Assembly (NCBI GenBank): GCA_951406725.2
Contig: OX597825.1
Coordinates: 87,606,001 to 87,670,000, forward strand
Direction: 5' to 3'
Origin: Octopus vulgaris
Taxonomy: Eukaryota
Length of the DNA stretch: 64,000 nucleotides
Below, piece after piece: positions 58,851 to 64,000 of this stretch. The notes under the pieces are model-generated. The model was not told where the DNA came from and did not search any database. It saw nothing but the letters and a program-made list of their open reading frames with translations. Within the stretch, counting starts at the first letter, position 1. Every line of letters starts with the position of its first letter. A program made the position numbers and the translations under genes.

Positions 58851-61047
58851 TGAAACATCGTTGTGAATCAGATAATATTTTTATAACAAATCATACCATT
58901 TCTATTGAGGAGGCCAAACGTCAACAATGTGTTGAAGTATTGAATGAAAAGGATCTAAACCCTTTTAATCCGATCTCTTGTCACCACATTAACTCGATTT
59001 ATTAGTGGGGAGATAATCCATTTATTTAATGGCAATTTTTTAATGGGGCTGAGATAACCAAAAAATAAAGAGGGATGGTCAGAGCAGCAACAGACTGACT
59101 TGACCAAGACAAATAAATATATAATTAATCTTTAGTTTGGTATTGAGTACATTTCAAACCAAACAGAAATATATGTGTATGTGCGTGTGCGCGTGTGTGT
59201 TCGCGCGTGAATTTATGCGTGCGTGAGTATAACATTTTGAATCATTATCACAAGAAAGAATCACTTCCCTCTCGGAATCACGGGTCTCGAATTAAAATCA
59301 AATATGTTTAAGACCTAAAATGTAAAATATAATTTATGTGTTGCTCATCGACACGTCATAATTTTGATTACTTCAATTATAATCGAATTTATTAATGAAC
59401 ACTCATTACTTGATTTTTAAATGTTTGAAAATTATATTACATAGCGCATGCGTGTTAACTAGCCAACCATGCAAGCAGAGGCATTGAGGTACGCACAAAT
59501 ATTAACGATTCAACCGCATATATTCACCAACTCAAAATCACATGCAGTCATTTGGATACACACATCCATGTACACACATGCGCACACACACACACACACA
59601 CTCACAAAGATACCTTTGTACGATACCTTGATAAGAATGTGAGTTTCAACCAAAGAATTTTATGTTTATTTTATGTATATATATTTTTTTCTCACAACAC
59701 ATTTACATCCATCCATCCATTCATCCATATATATATATATATATATCGAAATAAGCAACAAGAATATATATGTATATATATATATGCATACATACATATA
59801 TACACATATATGTATATATATATATATACACACACATATATATATTTATATACACACGCACACACACACACATATATATGTATATGTGAGTTTGTGTGAA
59901 TATTCATATCTCTATGCACACGTTACGCGCCCACAGATACATACGTACACGTATACATAATATTTATATCTTAAAAAAAAGGAACACAAATCTTTAATGC
60001 AGTCTAGAAACATTATTTAGCTATTATGCGGAATTCATTTTAATGAGAATTACGTAACAAAAGCAAAGCAATCCATCAAGAAAGTTGTAAAGGCTTCAAG
60101 AGGTAAATGCATGAAAATCTTTATGTTCAACTTATATTAACTTACCTCAAAGGTTGATCAATAAACTAGATATCAGATTACTCGAAACATCACATTAGCA
60201 TCAACACTTACTCTACTCTAATTCTTTCAAGTTTTAATCACCACTTTCACGACTATTAAATATATAGGTCCTGACAATACCTATAGAATACATGTTTCCT
60301 TGAATACGAATGATTTTCATGCATGTAACTATACACCTATGTCGATAAAGGAAAGAAATAATATTCGTAGTCTGATACTAAAAGCACTTACTCTTTTTTT
60401 TAAAAGACATATTTTTCTAAGTGAAATCTTAACTTTTGGTGATGGCTTTTGCTTCCTCTAAATGGTTTAAGACATGTTTTAGCACTTGTCTTGATAAAAG
60501 TACACTCGGGAAACTAATCGTTTCTATTACATTATTGCATAAAATGAATTTAATATATGCTTCAATACATTTGGCGTTGGCTAAAATTACGTGTGCCATA
60601 CCTACCTCGGTAGTTTTTCCTCAATTATCATTCTGATAAAGACACACACACACACTCCTACATCGTTACACTACAGATACTGTCATCCAGTTTGTCACAC
60701 CAGAATTTTCAATTCATGTTCTGCTACATATCCTGAGGGATACACATCAACTCCATGTCCTCACAAAAAGAGTACTAAAATAGAACGTCCAATTTCTTGT
60801 TATTGACGTTGGGAATCTGTTTCTCAACTGTTTGCAGTAGTTGTACAGTGTGTTTCTGATAAACTTCAGATCAGAGAGCTCTGGTGTAAATTGTAAATTA
60901 TTTAGGCAAATGAGCCAAACGCATTGGGTAAAACTATATCGACAGACCTCTTAGACCACTAACGGGATAAACATCTTTGAAATACCAGATACATTATTAC
61001 ATACCTGCACACACGTACCGCTATGTAATGTTCTACACTAGAATATA

Positions 61048-61083
<36 letters not shown>

Positions 61084-61138
61084 TGTATGTATGTATGTAT
61101 GTATGTATGTATGTATGTATGTATGTATGTATGTATGT

Positions 61139-61176
<38 letters not shown>

Positions 61177-61459
61177 CTTCGACGTTCAGGTCTTCTATAT
61201 ACAAACAACAACTGAAGTGAATCTTTTAATTTGTGAGGCATATTGCATTAGGAAGAAAAGCTAAATGTTAAACTCACAGAATAAATAAAAGATGCTTATT
61301 TCGACTTCCAGCCAAACCCAGGGTCGGTGACCTAACATACTGGACTAAAGGTATCAATTAAAACATAATGCATCTGGAAACGAATTTCAGTTAAAAGCTC
61401 TCTATAAACTACAAATGGAATTTGGAGCAACAAGATGTCTCGCATAGACATTCATTTAC

Positions 61460-61670
61460 TAAGGCGGGGAGCTGGCAGAATTGTTAGCACGCCGGGCGAA
61501 ATGCTTGGTGATATTTCGTCTGTCATTACGTTCAAATTCCGCCGAGGTCGACTTTCCTTTTCATCCTTTCAGAGTCCGATAAATTAAGTGCCAGTTGCGT
61601 ACTCGATTCGATGTAATCGACTCCCACCTCCTCCAAAATTTCGGGCCTGTGCCTAGAGTAGAAAAGAAAA
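61460..61670 (+). mobile_element. SINE family S2
   Basis: aaggcggggagctggcagaa..gaggtcgactttccttttcatcctttc. Confidence 0.8.
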
Positions 61671-61932
61671 TAGACACTCATTTACTTTGATATTGTTCAA
61701 TGTTATTCATTTGCTGATTGGGGTCTGTAATTAGTATCTACGTGTTTCTCACATACACCTGTTTCAACATGTGATAGACTTACACGTCACAATTAGGCTC
61801 TCTATTTAATTTTCTCTGTTTCAATCGCTCTCTCTCCCTCTCTCTCTATCTCACTCTTTCTCTCTTTCAGGAAATATATGTACACATGTATAGTTTATAC
61901 ATATGTGAGAGTTTTCCATTGAACAATTTGAT

Positions 61933-62056
<124 letters not shown>

Positions 62057-62939
62057 TGTGTGTGTGTCTGTGCGTGTATCAATAATCTGATTTAAAAACA
62101 CCATTTAGCTTTTATACGGAAGAAATTTTAATCAGAATGTTGTAAGGAAAAAAACAGTAAAATAGAAACGTGTAAAGGCTTCCGGAAAGTCTTTATGTTC
62201 ATCTCTATCTTCTCAGAAGGTTGTTCGGTGTTAGATAAAATGATATCATATTACGAGAAACATGACGTTAATTTCAAAACTTTCAGCTGGAAAAAGAAAA
62301 GATTTCTTATTCCTTCATGTTTTGCAAACCACTTTAATAAAACTATCAAGTATACAAGTCCTAGCAATAAATAGTTGACTGAACAATGATAAATTTCCAT
62401 CTCTGCACCATCATCTCTCAGTAAAAGAGAATGACTTTTGTGCTCTTTATGTGATCACGAAAGTAGAATTTTGATAGAATAATAACCTTAATAACATTAA
62501 AGACATGGGGAACATTTTGATTTTGTATCCTCTAAGGTGAGAGAGCAGATCTCTTAAGGTTCTGCACTGCTCTCCGCAGGGACATGGGACTGAAAAAGAA
62601 CCCTAAAATAAAGCCGACACATTGGAACTTGCCATATCACCGCTCCTGGCCGTTTACCAAAAGTTACTGGAAAAGAAACAAGAAAGCAAATGTTTTGATG
62701 TGGGATCACGTGCTGAAACTAAAACACTTGCAGCATGGCAGGCATAAGTTAGTCATTCAGAGGCAAACAATGGCCATTACCTTCACTTAAACCTTCATTC
62801 GTAAAAATGGTATCAAAAGTTTTGTTGACTGAAACGGCGACGAAAACTTTATGTTTCTAAACTTTTAACTTATATCCTCCATGCTGTAATCATAATCTAA
62901 ATCTATACACAACCCCCAAAACTGGGAAATTAATCCTCT

Positions 62940-63415
62940 GCTAATGGAATTCCTATGACATTGCAAGACAGCAACCGGAGACTAGAGCGTAGACTTGCTC
63001 TCATGAGCAGAACACTGAGCAGATACAACAATTGCATTGAGAGACAGGTCCGCTACAGGAGGTCGGCGCAGGTCAAACATTCTTCTGGATAAATAAATCC
63101 CAAAAGGATCCCAGACGAGCAAGTACAGGCTTTGCTACACGATCTCAGACGCTACTCACCGTCGAGAGAAATCAGTGTCTCATGATCTTACACTTGGAAT
63201 TGTAAGATAACCATTTGTTGTTACGTCCCAACGATCAGCCAAACTAAAGAAACCAAGGAAGCGTTCTGTGACGACGTATATTCATTTGAGTGCCATACAT
63301 GGACAAGCTTGTTCTCCCGGGGGACATTAATGCTGTGTTGGCAGGGGGTGATTCTACGTGGAAAGGAGACAACATGGCATTGGAAGGGAGAACTCTAATG
63401 CTCATCTGCTCCCGA
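62940..63415 (+). pseudogene. Decayed RTE-type LINE apurinic-like endonuclease domain
   Basis: Relic peptides TLQDSNRRLERRLALMSRTLSRYN, LQEVGAGQTFFW, TGFA, YVPT..ETKEAF, DKLVLPGDINA, HGIGRENSNAHLL across frameshifts. Confidence 0.75.
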
Positions 63416-63554
63416 CAAAAAGTACACGGACAGACAGACAGACAAGAAATATGTATAATTATATTTGTGTTTCGTAGGTCTGTTTAGATTTAAAGACGTG
63501 AAAATGATAGACAGTGTATATGATGAAGTACTTCGATAAAATATATTGGTTCCT

Positions 63555-63745
63555 AATTTTGGCACAGGGCCAGCAATTTTTTTAGATAGGACGTAAGTCG
63601 ATTAAGCTGATCCCAGTGCTCAGCTGCTACTTATTTTTTCGACCCCGAAGGGATGAAAGTCGACTTCGGTGAAATTTGAACACAAATCGTAAAATCGGAC
63701 GAAATGCTGCTAAGCACTTTCCGTGTTCTGTCAGTTCCTCGCCTT
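63555..63745 (-). mobile_element. SINE family S2, decayed
   Basis: cgaccccgaagggatgaaagtcgacttcggtgaaatttgaac. Confidence 0.7.
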
Positions 63746-64000
63746 ACTTCGAGAAGATATTAACATTTATATTTTCAATTACAGGAATCAAAAAGTTTCT
63801 ATGAAATGTCATTCTTGGAAAAATCTTGAAATCGATATTTTTTTCTAATTTGATCTCTGAATACTAACCTGATATTGCACATATTATGTTAATTTCTTTA
63901 CCATTCACCTGCTCTGTACTATGATACTGAATGTACACCTGGTACAACATATAAATTTCTTATCTATTTTTCTTCAAACGTTTTAGCAAATATAACGTGA

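Overview
AT-rich, microsatellite-saturated eukaryotic non-coding DNA. The SINE families and the (TA)n/(CA)n/(CTAT)n/(TAA)n load look like an octopus genome (inference). No host gene is confidently visible; there is one weak candidate exon. Nearly all long ORFs in the track are microsatellite artefacts. The real coding remnants are all transposable-element derived: a young 5'-truncated Dong/R4-type restriction-like-endonuclease retrotransposon inside a (TAA)n tract (47.4-48.9 kb), a Naiad-like Penelope element with RT and GIY-YIG in opposite orientations (55.5-57.2 kb), an RTE insertion with a twin-priming-type 5' inversion and a 10-bp TSD, CR1/L2 and RTE fragments, and mariner/Tc1/hAT remnants. 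The most striking signal is a dense set of type I hammerhead-ribozyme (HHR) motifs with palindromic stem III, mostly inside fold-back structures next to microsatellites. These include a 3.6-kb fold-back with an HHR at each end, a 460-bp fold-back with an intact HHR, and a tRNA-headed SINE-like element with an HHR-like motif (3 copies). Two further 0.75-0.84-kb non-coding elements are terminally redundant and circularly permuted (retrozyme-like). All folds and family assignments were made by eye, and many boundaries are approximate.
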